A DNA stretch of 42,021 nucleotides from Octopus sinensis (GCF_006345805.1 NW_021835682.1:1-42021); one strand, 5' to 3'; positions 11,944 to 23,750 are shown, numbered from the stretch's first letter. Numbers and translations: made by a program. Notes: generated from the sequence alone by a model not told the origin.

Positions 11944-12243
11944 CATATATATCTGTATATTTATCTCTCTATTTATATGTCTCTGTCCATCTATCTATAA
12001 ACCGTTAAGAGGAAAATATAATATATATGTAAACGATCGTGCGTATGTATATGTGTATGCGTAGTACATGTGTGTGTGTGTATATGTGTGTATGAGCGTG
12101 TGTATACGGTAGTGATTCTTTGTGCGCTTTGCCCATCTAAGTAAACATTTAATCATTTACCTATAAATCTATATTCATTTATTTATTAGGTTTTGTTTTA
12201 ATCAGACATATGACCAGTATATGTGCGTGTATGTATATTCATG

Positions 12244-12321
<78 letters not shown>

Positions 12322-12513
12322 ATTTATATTTATATAATATATATTATATATATATATATTTATTAATATATATATATTTATATATATATATATGTGTGTA
12401 TAATGACACATACATACTTAAATACATACATACATACATAACTGCACATGCATATATTGTGTGTATATATATACATATATATATATATACACACATACAT
12501 ATATATATATATA

Positions 12514-12553
12514 TGCAGACATGTTTCAGGGCTGTTGCCCTTTATCAATGCAG
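12514..12553 (-). ncRNA. Minimal type I hammerhead ribozyme motif, U3-A8 core variant (minus strand)
   Basis: CUGCA UUGAUAA AGGGC-AACA-GCCCU GAAA C-AU-G UC UGCA; helix I UGCA/UGCA. Confidence 0.7.
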
Positions 12554-12694
12554 CGTTGTCAGAACCAGCAGGTATCGCTACTGACCGTCTGTAACTAGGT
12601 AAATAAATTCTTCGAACAGACGGTCAGTAGTGACACCTGTTGGTTCTGACTACGCTGCATTGATAAAGGGCAACAACCCTGAAACATGTCTGCA
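12514..12694. repeat. Long inverted repeat: 79-bp arms (12514-12592 / 12616-12694), 23-nt spacer
   Basis: 74 of 79 positions Watson-Crick by manual alignment; on the + RNA the other five are C.A, U.U, A.C and two G.U. Confidence 0.95.
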
Positions 12695-12695
12695 G
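12655..12695 (+). ncRNA. Minimal type I hammerhead ribozyme motif, U3-A8 core variant (plus strand)
   Basis: Helix I CUGCA/UGCAG; core UUGAUAA 12660-66; helix II AGGG/CCCU with loop CAACAA; GAAA 12681-84; palindromic ACAUGU; GUC ending at 12690. Confidence 0.7.
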
Positions 12696-13711
12696 ATGTC
12701 TGACTAGCAAGGTGAAGCGGCTGACCTGTTGTAATGTCATATAGCTAGCTAGAGGCGATGGCCTCTTGGAGCTAATCAGCGACAGCTTTAGTCTTATATT
12801 TAGACTGCCATATTAGTATGGCGATAACTATTAATATATTTATATATATGTATATATATATATATACATGCCTACATATATATGTATATATATAGGGAGA
12901 GGGAGGGGGAACGTAGAAAGATCTGTATTGTTTCTGTGTTTCTTTAGGCAAAAGTTTATCTGACCAATATCATGCACCACCGTTTTTGGGAATGCTGGAT
13001 GTGCATTTCTTCATTTTGGGGCTTTGTCCATTTCAGGTATCCATACAACACGTCCGTAAGAGATATTGATACCGCAGTTAATCTAACTGTCTGCATTGTT
13101 TCTGCATTAATTATCATACAGAGATGGTTATTCTAAACTAATACTGTTTTTTGTTGCACGTAATGAATTTCTATTCAGCCAACCGGCGAATTTCACAGAT
13201 CAGTCATTTGTCAATCACTCTCTTATATCATTAGTAAAGGATTTTCTCTTGGCACGCGGTTGCCATTGGGTACATGCTACTAGCAAAGCTCGTGAATGTC
13301 AGACGTACGTATCTGATATTCCTACCATCACTGCCGATCTAGTGGTTCACTTCCTTTCGAGATAATCCGAATATATCGTATTGATAAACCATAATATTGA
13401 CGAACTACCAATCTCAGAGATTAAGAGATTTGACTCGCCTGTTCTGAGATCTTCAGGTGTTTTTTAACATTCGGTGTCATGCAGGAAGCTTTCTCCGGAC
13501 ACCATCCCACAGTAACACATGTATCGATGTATGTGCGACCGATAATGTTTATATATATATGTACATATATGTGCGTGTGTGTATATGTATGTGTATGTAT
13601 GTATATATAAATAAAATTTTCGGGAATTGAGTCACGAGGTGGATATAAAGGTATAATTAAACATTTTGTAAATATTGCTTTGAAAATGCCTTTTGGTTAT
13701 AAAATGTCGAA

Positions 13712-13784
13712 GGCTACTCGTGGGAGTTGAACTCACATCTCCTGTAGACATATCAGGCTTTCTACCACTGGACTACACCAGTCC
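13712..13784 (-). pseudogene. tRNA-Thr(TGT)-like relic (tRNA pseudogene or isolated SINE head)
   Basis: GGACTGGTGTAGTCCAGTGGTAGAAAGCCTGATATGTCTACAGGAGATGTGAGTTCAACTCCCACGAGTAGCC: A and B boxes, and a CCTG..TGT..CAGGAGAT anticodon arm like eukaryotic tRNA-Thr; the acceptor stem does not pair. Confidence 0.45.
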
Positions 13785-14514
13785 TTCAAATTACTCCATC
13801 ATGTTCTCTCGATAGTTTATAAATTCTCGCTGGTAAGAACAACGTTTCTGAAACGGATGGAGAAATTCAAATGCTATCTTAGGTACAATGGTACAATCTC
13901 TCCCATGTTTACAGATGTGAGTTCAAATCTCATAGACAATCTTCAAAATTTTCCGTCCAATTGGGTTTTCTAATTCACTGTTTAAATGCCATATTTATGG
14001 CATATTTATATGTACTTCTATAATCAATTCCAAAAAGGAATTATTCCTCTTTATTTTGTGTGGGGAGAGTCATTCTCCTTCGGTGCCTTATTAATTTATC
14101 ACACTCACTGGTCAGGTTATTATGACGTCAACAATATGTGTGTGTCTGTGCCTGTGTGTATGCATACATACAAGTATATATATATTCGAAGGAGAATGAA
14201 CATACTGCCATCATGTTCTTAATGATGAAATTAGCCTCTCTGTCTATATATCTACCCTAATGTTGGCGAATGGTATAAGTTCAAGAATGTGCATTGTCCG
14301 TTTAATTGAAAAATTCTATATGTGACTGAAGATTGCTCGACATTTTAAAGCTGATGTCATACTTACAGTGTTTAAAAAAATGAAGTAGCATGAAACAATA
14401 TCTACCTTGGATATCCTTGTTGCTTAATTTGATATACATATATATATACAGAGAGATAGAGAGAGAGGGAGAGAGAGAGAAAGAGAGAGAGAGAGAGGAT
14501 GATGAATAACTTTT

Positions 14515-14895
14515 AATCGTTGTAATCATTAGACTGCGGCCATGCTGGGACATCAACTTTTACTCAAACGAATTGACCCCGGTACTTATTTTCTAAAAGG
14601 GTGGTAATTATGCTATTACTCTCTTTTGCCGAACGGATAATGTACAGGGATGCAAGCGCACCAACACCGGTTGCCAAGCAGTGGGGAGAGACTAACACAA
14701 GTGCAAAACACAGTTTTATATATATATATATATATATATATACGAGAGACCTCTTCCATTTTCAGTTTGTTTAATCCAATCAGAAGCCGTTTGGTCAGCC
14801 GGAAGCTATGGTAGATGACACCTGCCCGATTTACCACACAAGAAAGTGAAACCGGAACAATGTGGTATGGAAGCAAGCGTCTAACCACACAGCCA
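14515..14895 (-). mobile_element. SINE family B, diverged
   Basis: GACTGCGGCCATGCTGG, TTTTGCCGAAC, GAAACCGGAACAATGTGG..AACCACACAGCC landmarks. Confidence 0.75.
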
Positions 14896-15119
14896 TACAC
14901 ACACAAACACACACAGACACGCACACATGTGTGCGTGTGTGTGTGTGTGTGTGTTTATGTGTGTATTTGTGTGCGTGCGTACAATTAGTTTTGATACACG
15001 AGTTCGATGATACGTACAGACACATGGATAATAATTTTAAAAGAGAACACGTATTCATGCAAACGTGTCTTTGCTTAGATTTAGAAATACATACAGTTTT
15101 AATCAGCAGCCTCACCATA

Positions 15120-15439
15120 TCCACCAATAATCACACCATCACCACAACAACCACCACAGTCACCACAACCACTACCACCACAACAACCACCACAACCACC
15201 ACCACTACCTCCACCTCTGTCAGTCTACTTAAAATTCCTACCCCAATTATTGCCGCTCTACGACCAATTCTATCACAAGGCAACATTCGGTAAAATGTAC
15301 GCCATTATTGTTAAGATTATTTTTACCAATAGCTGTTGCTACTATTGCCGTTATCATTATCATTGTTGTTGTTGTTGTTGCTGTTGTTGTTACAAGTAAT
15401 ATTGTTATCATTGTTGTTATTACTACCATCATCACAATT

Positions 15440-15534
<95 letters not shown>

Positions 15535-15554
15535 CATTATTATTATTATTATAA

Positions 15555-15605
<51 letters not shown>

Positions 15606-15617
15606 CATCTTCATCAT

Positions 15618-15649
<32 letters not shown>

Positions 15650-15700
15650 TCATCATCTTCATCATCATCATCATCATCATCATCATTATTATTATTATTT
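15120..15700. repeat. Compound (CAC)/(TTG)/(CTT)/(TTA)/(CAT) trinucleotide tracts
   Basis: Direct reading. Confidence 0.95.
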
Positions 15701-16507
15701 ACCATTTACCGTTATCTAATAGATTTCTGGAGCCTATGAAACAATTTACGAAGCTAATGCTTCGAACAAACTGCTTCCAACACGAGTCCATAAGCATTAA
15801 ACATTGCTTTACATAACGAGACGCATCTAATTAAGCGTAATTGGGAGTGGGAAAATTTTACTGCTTATAGCTCCCTAACTAATCAACTATCTATTGGTCA
15901 GTGCGTCCAGTTCAGTTAGTCTCTTGTTAATGGTCCACTTCACATAATTGTCCGAAGACATTTATACATTTATTCATTTATTTTTGCCGCTACATTCACG
16001 TCCATTCCAACCCGACCCAACCCCACGCAGTCGCCATCACTGTTCTTGTCTTTCACTGTGTCTGCTCTCTTAAGCTTGTTCTACTGTCATTTCCATTGGA
16101 ATAGTTTGTAGTCACGTGTGAAGGTTGGCATTAAACGGCGATTTAGTTGAGATTCTAGAAAAAGCGTCAATATCAGGCGTGTTTATATCGAAGATAGCAA
16201 CAACCAGATCAGAACAGACCAGACCACATGCCAAGAAGGTAGGTGGTTCGAATACGGAATACTCCACAAATAAGGCAATCTGTATTCCGACATCTGTGTC
16301 CACACACTATCAATGTCTGTGAATATTGTAATGTAATGGAAGCGAATTTGCAGCTGAAGGAAACCAAAATCAGCGCTGGAATTCTGATATTCACACCTGC
16401 GTTTTCCATCCTAAGACTTCATCGACGCCCCGCAGTTTGAACATCAAGGATCTTCATTAGGTTAGTTTAAAGCCCATGATTTATTAGAGGTGCAATTATG
16501 TACACCT

Positions 16508-16808
16508 GGAGGCACATGGCTGGTGGTTAGAGCAGCGGACTCGCGGTCGCGGAATCGTGGGTTCGAATCTCAGACCGGGCGATGTGTGTGTTTACGAGCG
16601 AAAACACCTAAGCTCCACGCGGCTCCGGCAGAAGTTAATGGCGAACTTCTGCTGATTCTTTCACACAACTTTCTCTCACTCTTTCCTCCTGCATCTGGCT
16701 GCTCACCTGCGACGGACTGGCGTCCCGTCCAGGTGGAGAACCTATACGCCAAGGGAACCGGGAATTCGACCCTTATGAGCCAGGGATGGCTTGAGAAGGA
16801 ACAAACAA
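16508..16808 (+). mobile_element. tRNA-derived SINE, family D, with Meta/MESC-like central domain
   Basis: A-box TGGCTGGTGGTTAGAG, B-box GGTTCGAATC, internal CTGCGACGGACTGGCGTCCCGTCCAGG..GGAACCGGG resembling the MetaSINE domain as I remember it, tail AACAAACAA. Confidence 0.7.
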
Positions 16809-17104
16809 TTATGTACATGGCAGGAGCCAGATCACTTCCACGGAAGATGGTCACAAGTCTGTATTTCGTCAATGATGTGCCCTTGATGCACCACACATCT
16901 TACAGTGATTTCTGAGCTGCTGGTCATATTGGGTTTTCTCTGCCGCCTCACTCGTCATTATAGTCTTTGTGCACTTAAAAGATGACTGCTCCTATCTTTG
17001 ATCCTTCCGAGACATCTAATACACTTTACACTTTACTTAGCATTACTCACTGGCTGAAGTGAGATAACAAGGTGTGGCTATTAGTATGCACTATCGATTT
17101 CTGG

Positions 17105-17130
17105 GAGTCACACGTATGTGTGAGAGTGAG

Positions 17131-17173
<43 letters not shown>

Positions 17174-17202
17174 GAGAGTGTGTGTGTGTGTGTGTGTGTG
17201 AG

Positions 17203-17241
<39 letters not shown>

Positions 17242-17300
17242 GTGTGTGTGTGTGTGTGTGAGAGAGATAGATAGATAGAGAGAGAGAGTGTGTGTGTGTG

Positions 17301-17348
<48 letters not shown>

Positions 17349-17375
17349 AGTGAGTGTATGTGTGTGTGTGTGAGC
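17105..17375. repeat. Interleaved (GATA)n/(GT)n/(GA)n microsatellite
   Basis: Direct reading. Confidence 0.95.
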
Positions 17376-17726
17376 TGTGTTGTAGTAGGAGACCAGTGCT
17401 CCCGTCCACAACTGTAGGTAGGGGATTGTTAAATTTACAAAAGTTACAACAGCTTACACCCTATACAAAATATCGCGCATCTTAGTTTAGTTTATATTAA
17501 GAAAATCATTTCCTTTTAAATGGCCTGGTATCTTATTATATGCCGATAGCTTGTTAAAACAGATGAATATTTAGTTATCTTCCACCTAAAGCCAAAGAAA
17601 CTAAGACATACAAATACCAGCCATTTGGAGTATAAAGGCCATCATGGATATATTATTAACATCATTATTACTATGAGGCTATTACACGCTACTTTAGTCC
17701 CCTAACATGTTGTCTTGAAGTTTGGT

Positions 17727-18199
<473 letters not shown>

Positions 18200-18539
18200 C
18201 CTCAATTTTCAAGAATCTTTCGTAGGATTCTCGCAGATTACATGATTGAACTTTTCTGCAGGTGGTGGTGTGGTGGTGGTAGTGGTGATTGTGATGATAA
18301 CGGTTGTGGTGACAGTGTTGATACTGATGATGATAATAGTGGTGCTGGTGGTGGTGGTCGTCTTCGTGATGATGGTAGTGCTGGAGATGATATTGATGTT
18401 GTTGTTGTTGTTGTTGGTAGTGGTGGTGGTGCTGGTGGTGGTAGATTTGGTGGTGATGGTTCCAGTGAGAACACGGAGACGAAAAGTGTGGAAAAAGTAT
18501 GAACGATGACTATCAGGAAACAATAAGTAAAATGGAATA

Positions 18540-19180
18540 TACGGGTTTCAATTCCCATATCTTTTTGTCCCTTAGATAAATTATTGTGTCCAGTGAAGCA
18601 ATTACTATAGGAACAATTGTCACTTCTATCTTCCACAATCCCTTCATCCCTCTAGCTAGGTCCTCACGTCTCAGTCTTCGCAATTTCTTTGGTATCATCC
18701 CTAATATTATATTGTATCGCAAAGTCTATGATCCTATACTGTTTTATTTTTATTATTCAATGATCATATCTGCTCCCTTTGCTGCAGCTATATGGAGATA
18801 TCATGTAATTCCTGGAATCATCATTTAAATCTGACTTCTGTTTATACCACTTTTTCGCTCCTCAGGATTCATAAACTTATCGAACATTCCAGTGTACTCT
18901 ATTGAAAACACATTCATATCTGCCTATGTTTATTCTGTTTTCGTGCTAACTTACTGCACTCATATAGCAGGTGGCGAAATATTTCGTCCCCTTTTCTACG
19001 TATTCTGTATTTGTCCTTTGCCTGAGCTTATCAATACTTACCTTTTATAAATTACGTTACAATGGCTTGTCTTTGAGCAGCTATAATCAGTGATTTAGCT
19101 TCTTGCTTCTGGTTGCCATCAGTTAATCTTTTTGATTCAAGAATTGGCCATGTAATTCTTAGTATTACACTGAAGTATGT
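18540..19180 (-). mobile_element. R4/Dong-like (RLE-clade) non-LTR retrotransposon remnant, post-RT region to RLE
   Basis: Broken frames give, in the expected order: KRLTDGNQKQEAKSLIIAAQRQAIVT (cf. WL..G.LK.ETE.LI.AAQDQAL.T), a decayed CCHC knuckle YRIRRKGDEIFRHLLYECSKLA, RVHWN..KKWY, ADMII..IIDFA, and EDLARGMKGLWKIEVTIVPIVIASLDT. Confidence 0.8.
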
Positions 19181-20239
19181 CTAGAAAAAGAAAAAAAACA
19201 ATATAGATGTGAAACAGTTTTGATGTTATTCATGTGCTCTAACTATTAGTGTTACCGATATTGGTAATATTGGATGCTATAGCATTGATGTGCACTAGAT
19301 ATCACTAGATATTATTGATGGGAGAAATCAAGTTGTTTCAAATCAACGGAAAAATCTTTTAAAGCGGTTTCCCAATCCATATGTGACTATAGAATTGAGA
19401 TAGATCTCTACTGATCTCTCGAAAGGAAAACCAGCAATGAGGTATCTTCTGTCCGGTTTGTAATTTTTTTCTGGTTGTCTTAAAGCGAGAAGGATAAAAT
19501 GGATACCGTGGTATTAGAACTAAACTTTCTATCAAAAGATTGAGGCATGGTCACTATAGGAACGCTTTTTAAAAATACGTCTTCAGGTTTGAGACACGAA
19601 AAGACACAAACAGCAACATGACTGGAAGAGAAAGAGAAGTAAAGAGCGGTCACTTGTTGAGTATGAGGCATTTTGGCACAAGCGTTTTGGCGCCGCTTAT
19701 TTGGCATCACTTAGTCGATGCTGGTTTATTTGGTATCAAGAATGTTACAGTTTCTCTCCCTCCAACCACCTTCTCTTTCTTTTTCCCTCCTCCCTCTCTT
19801 TCCCTCTCTATTTCTCCCCCTCTGTCTCTCTCGCTCTCACCTCTCTTCCTCTTTCTCCTCTCACACCGTCTTTCTTCTTCTCTCTCCCTCTTACTCCCTC
19901 CCTCCTTATCTCTTCCTCTCTCACTCTGTTTTTATATGCGTGAACATATTTATCTTTACGCGCATCTCTCTCTTTTCCTCCTTCCCCTCTTTCTCTTTCT
20001 CCCACTCTTCCTTTGTTTGCATTTATTCATTTGCGTGCATGTGTGTATATGTCCATGTGTGTGAAAGTGTGTCTCTCTGTCTGTGTCTATCTCCAGCACC
20101 AAAAATTATTGTCACCAAAACAGACCGAATGTCCCGCCAACTGCACCAGGATTTTAGCGCCCAAACAGCTACACCCAATCGTTAATTGTCCAAACATATT
20201 CCGGCTCTTTGACTAAACATATTTACAGCTGTTTATGCT

Positions 20240-20440
20240 GAGCAGGAATTTCATGAACCTCATCTGTCTTGGAGGAACTGGATACAAAGATAATGGAACA
20301 GTATAGAAATTATAAGTCTTGGACAGGCTGGCCATTGGCTACGCTGGTTATACACGCTTTGGAACTGTTTTGTCAGCAAGTGGGTCACGGTGCCTACGAA
20401 ATTCGATCTGTTATTCTCTGGAACTCATTGTCATCGTCTA
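20240..20440 (+). mobile_element. Possible CR1/L2-like LINE apurinic-endonuclease relic
   Basis: EFHEPHLSW...SKWVTVPTKFDLLFS resembles GDFN.P.I.W...Q.V..PTR..LDL.F; LNLEKRKIRS near 20810 resembles SLEKRRLRGD. Weak, by eye. Confidence 0.3.
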
Positions 20441-21189
20441 ATTTTCATCCTGAATTCATCATAAATCCAGTCCTTTAATCTTTCTGTCGTTAATCGATGT
20501 CTTACAAATTTGCAGATCTCCTCTTTACATTCTTTCTACTCCCTTATATTATAGTGGACTGTTGGGGACAAAATCGTGTAAGAATAACTTATTTGTAGGT
20601 AGTAAAGCAACCAGAAAGATTGTCAGTGTAGGAAATCGTAAAGTGATTGCTTTCAAAACGATGGATGTTCTCAGGAAGAATAGAATCAGTTGAACCAGAC
20701 AGGAATAAACTCCGTAAAATAGACGTAGATTGAACCAGGTGAATAAATAGTGAAAATATATAAACAAGGATAAGAAGAATAAGGAGAAGGAGAAGGGTTT
20801 CAGGTGAAATTGAATCTTGAGAAACGGAAAATCAGGTCATAGTGGAAGTATTCTGTTGAAAGTCCTCCATAAACTGTAGACTAGTTCCGTGTGGCTGAAT
20901 GTATGATGAATGAGGTTCCATTGAAGGTTTGAAGAGAAATCTACAGAGGTTAGCTATTGGTAAGTAGGTGGGTGGGTTTAGCAGAAAAGGGCTTATTAGG
21001 GGATTTCTTGCGGAGAGAATAAGGGAGATGGAGAAAAGGGGTGAAAAAAAAGAGACGGAGGGAAATTGAAAAAGAGAGAGAAAGAGAAAGAGATAAAGAG
21101 AGAAAGAGAGAGAGAGGTAGAGTGTCTCTTCTCATGCCTTCCTGCTTGTTCGTTATCAGACAAGCAAGTGATGAAAAGATATTATTCAT

Positions 21190-21850
21190 GGGGTAGTGGA
21201 AGTGGTAGTGGTGGTGGTGGTGGTGGTGGTGATTTGGTGATGACGATAATGCTGTCAGTGGTGATAGTGGTAGTGCTGGAGGTGATGGCGTGGTGGTGGT
21301 GTTGGCCACAGTAGCAATGACTGGCATGTTGTTGGTGGTGGTGATGGTGGTGGTGGTAGTGGTCATGGTAGTGGTATGTGGTGGTGAGTGGTGGTGGGGG
21401 TGGCAGTGGTGAGTGGCAATGACGGATGGTGGTGACTGTGATGATAGCTGTTGTGGTGATAGTGTTGATATTGGTATTGGTGGTGGTGTTGATGATATTG
21501 ATGTTGCTGTTGGTGGTGGTGTTGATGGCGATGGTGCTAGTATTGGAAGTGTTGGCGGTGATGGTGATGGTAGAGGTGGTGGTGGGGATGGTTGGAGTGG
21601 TGGGGTGCTGGTGGTGCTGGTGGTGCTGGTGGTGCTGGTGGTGCTGGTGGTGCTGGTGGTGCTGGTGGTGCTGGTGGATGGTGGTAGTGGTAGTGCTGGT
21701 GGTGGTTTTGGTGGTGATGGTAGTGGTGCTGGTGCTGGTGCTGGTGCTGGTGCTGGTGGTGCTGGTGCTGATGGTGGATGGTGGTGGAGGTAGTGCTGGT
21801 GGTGGTGGTGGTGGTGGTGACGGCGGTGGTAGTGGTGTTAGTGATGGTTC
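21190..21850. repeat. (GGT)/(GGTGCT)/(GGTGCTGGT) low-complexity tract
   Basis: Direct reading; source of the 277-aa T/H/Q/P ORF. Confidence 0.9.
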
Positions 21851-22592
21851 CAGTGAGAACATGGAGACGAAAAGTGTGGAAAAGTATGAACGATGACTAT
21901 CAGGAAACAATAAGTAAAATGGAATGTGTGTTATGTATGGTGGTATGAGTGAGAGGAAGAACAATATGGGAGAAAGGGAGGGGAGCGAGAGACCGAGATA
22001 GAGAGAGAGAGGCAAGAGGAAGAGAACAGAGTGAGTGAGTAAGCGAGCGAGTGATGGGTGTAAGGGAGTGATGGAGTGATGGAGAGAGGAAGGGACAAGA
22101 AACGGGGGAGCAGGACGTCAGACTAAGTAAAAATTTCGATGAAGGAAAGATCAGGATGAATGGCTAAAAAATGAGGTGTCACACATTGAATAAACGTGGT
22201 TTAATTTCTGTTTGTTTATTTTTTTTGAGGGGAGGGGTCTTTTTTCTTAGATGGTTTCATTTTACTTTCGGTTTTCTTATTTCTTTATTTTCTGGCTATT
22301 TTTCTTTTTGTTTTTGAAAGGTGGTCGGTGGAACCAGATAATGAATTGGTAGATTGGTTAGAATACCGGATAGAATACTTTGCGGTGTTTGTTTCAGATA
22401 TGCACGATTATGAGACGCTGTGGCGTTGCCGTTTTGTCACCGCCTCTTTGGTGTTGGTTATTTGACGCTGACTTATTTGACATCAGACGTTTTTGATGTT
22501 TGTCTCATTTTCGCTCTCGCGCTCTCTTCGCTCAGACACACACAGACACACATACTCTTTCTCTCTCACACACACAGACACACTTTCTCTCA

Positions 22593-22623
<31 letters not shown>

Positions 22624-23132
22624 TCTCTATTTATGTGAACATACTTCTCTTTAAGTCTCTGAAGAGAGTGTTTATGTTAATGTGCATGTATGAGTCTCTA
22701 TGTGTGTGTGTGTGTGTATGTGTGTATTTGTTTGTGTATGTACGTGTATGTGGGTGAGTGCGTGTGCCTACCAAAACGTACTGTTGTCAAAACAAGCTAA
22801 ATATCCAATCTGCCGTACCAAATCACCAGCGTCCAAACAGCTACGCCCAATTGTCCCATTCCCAGCTCTTTGCATACTATGCTGGAAACACGTCACGATC
22901 CTCTTTCATCTTTCTTTAGATGACGACAAAACACCAAGAATGGTCCCAAGATTGGCAGAGCTGAACTATTTAAATAGTACTCGTTTACAACCGAGTGGAT
23001 AGGTTCAACGTGAAACTAAGCGTTTTGCTTAAGAGCATAATGCGCCACCCGCTCCAGGAAACCAAACCACGACCTTACGATACTTGGTGCAACAACCAGA
23101 GATCTGCGCCGCACTCTTTTACTCAGGTAGTA

Positions 23133-23337
23133 ATTCGTTCTACGACAGGCACAAGACCTGAAATTTTGGGTGAGACGGCATGTCGATTGCCGATGGCCCC
23201 GTCTAAACTGGCATATATTTGATCGACCTCGAAGGGGTGAAAGGGAACGTCGACCTCGATGAAATGTCAAACCAGAATGCAAAGACGGTCTGGATGCTGC
23301 TAAGCATTTTGTACAGAGTGCTAAACAGAGTGCCGCC
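23133..23337 (-). mobile_element. SINE family A, diverged
   Basis: AGGCACAAGACCTGAAATTTTGGG tail, GTCGACCTCG, GCTAAGCATTTT, head ending GCCGCC. Confidence 0.75.
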
Positions 23338-23399
23338 CTAATAATATTAAGAATAACAACAACAACAACAACGACGACGATAATGATGATGATGATGGT

Positions 23400-23745
23400 G
23401 ATGATGACAAAAGACTCACTGTGTACGAAGAAAGAAAAACAAAAAAAAACAACTACGACGATTTAAAGTGGGAAATACGAAGGTTGCGGTCAATGAGGAG
23501 AGTATACGTGATACCAACAGTAATTGGTTCTCTTGGAACTATCAGCACTCAACTACCAGCATGGCTGAAAAAGACTGGTGCAAGTGTGAAGGTAGAAGAC
23601 CTACAAAAATCAGCATTGCTTGGAACTGCAAGAATTCTTCGCAAGGTTCTTGAAGCATGATCAATAAATAAGTACCACCTTAGTGTGCTAGCTGTCGACA
23701 GCTGACACTTTCCATCATACCCAGCAAAATAAGTTTTGAGCTTTC

Positions 23746-23750
<5 letters not shown>
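23400..23750 (+). mobile_element. 5'-truncated R4/Dong-like RLE retrotransposon: ORF C-terminus with its stop codon and 3' UTR
   Basis: NYDDLKWEIRRLRSMRRVYVIPTVIGSLGTISTQLPAWLKKTGASVKVEDLQKSALLGTARILRKVLEA* (stop 23658-60) matches the RLE-clade terminus KYQDLKWE..RLW....V.VP.VIGALG....LQK.ALLGTARILRKVL; ~90-nt 3' UTR, then (TAA)n. Confidence 0.9.

Noticed and set aside
12948-13304. Two-exon model joining 12948-13036 to 13199-13304 (DQSFVNHSLISLVKDFLLARGCHW..)
   Set aside because: The splice phases are incompatible: both open frames of the first exon lead to stops in the second.
13315-13329. 15-nt match GATATTCCTACCATC to 7686-7700
   Set aside because: About one 15-mer match is expected by chance in 42 kb, and the flanks align poorly.
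16508-16580. Functional tRNA genes at SINE heads (also 30699, 41690-41761, 13712)
   Set aside because: A/B boxes are present but acceptor stems do not pair, and most continue into SINE bodies.
19042-19180. Host-gene coding exon on the minus strand
   Set aside because: The peptide and downstream frames match an RLE-clade LINE in correct domain order; kept only as a possible exonisation.
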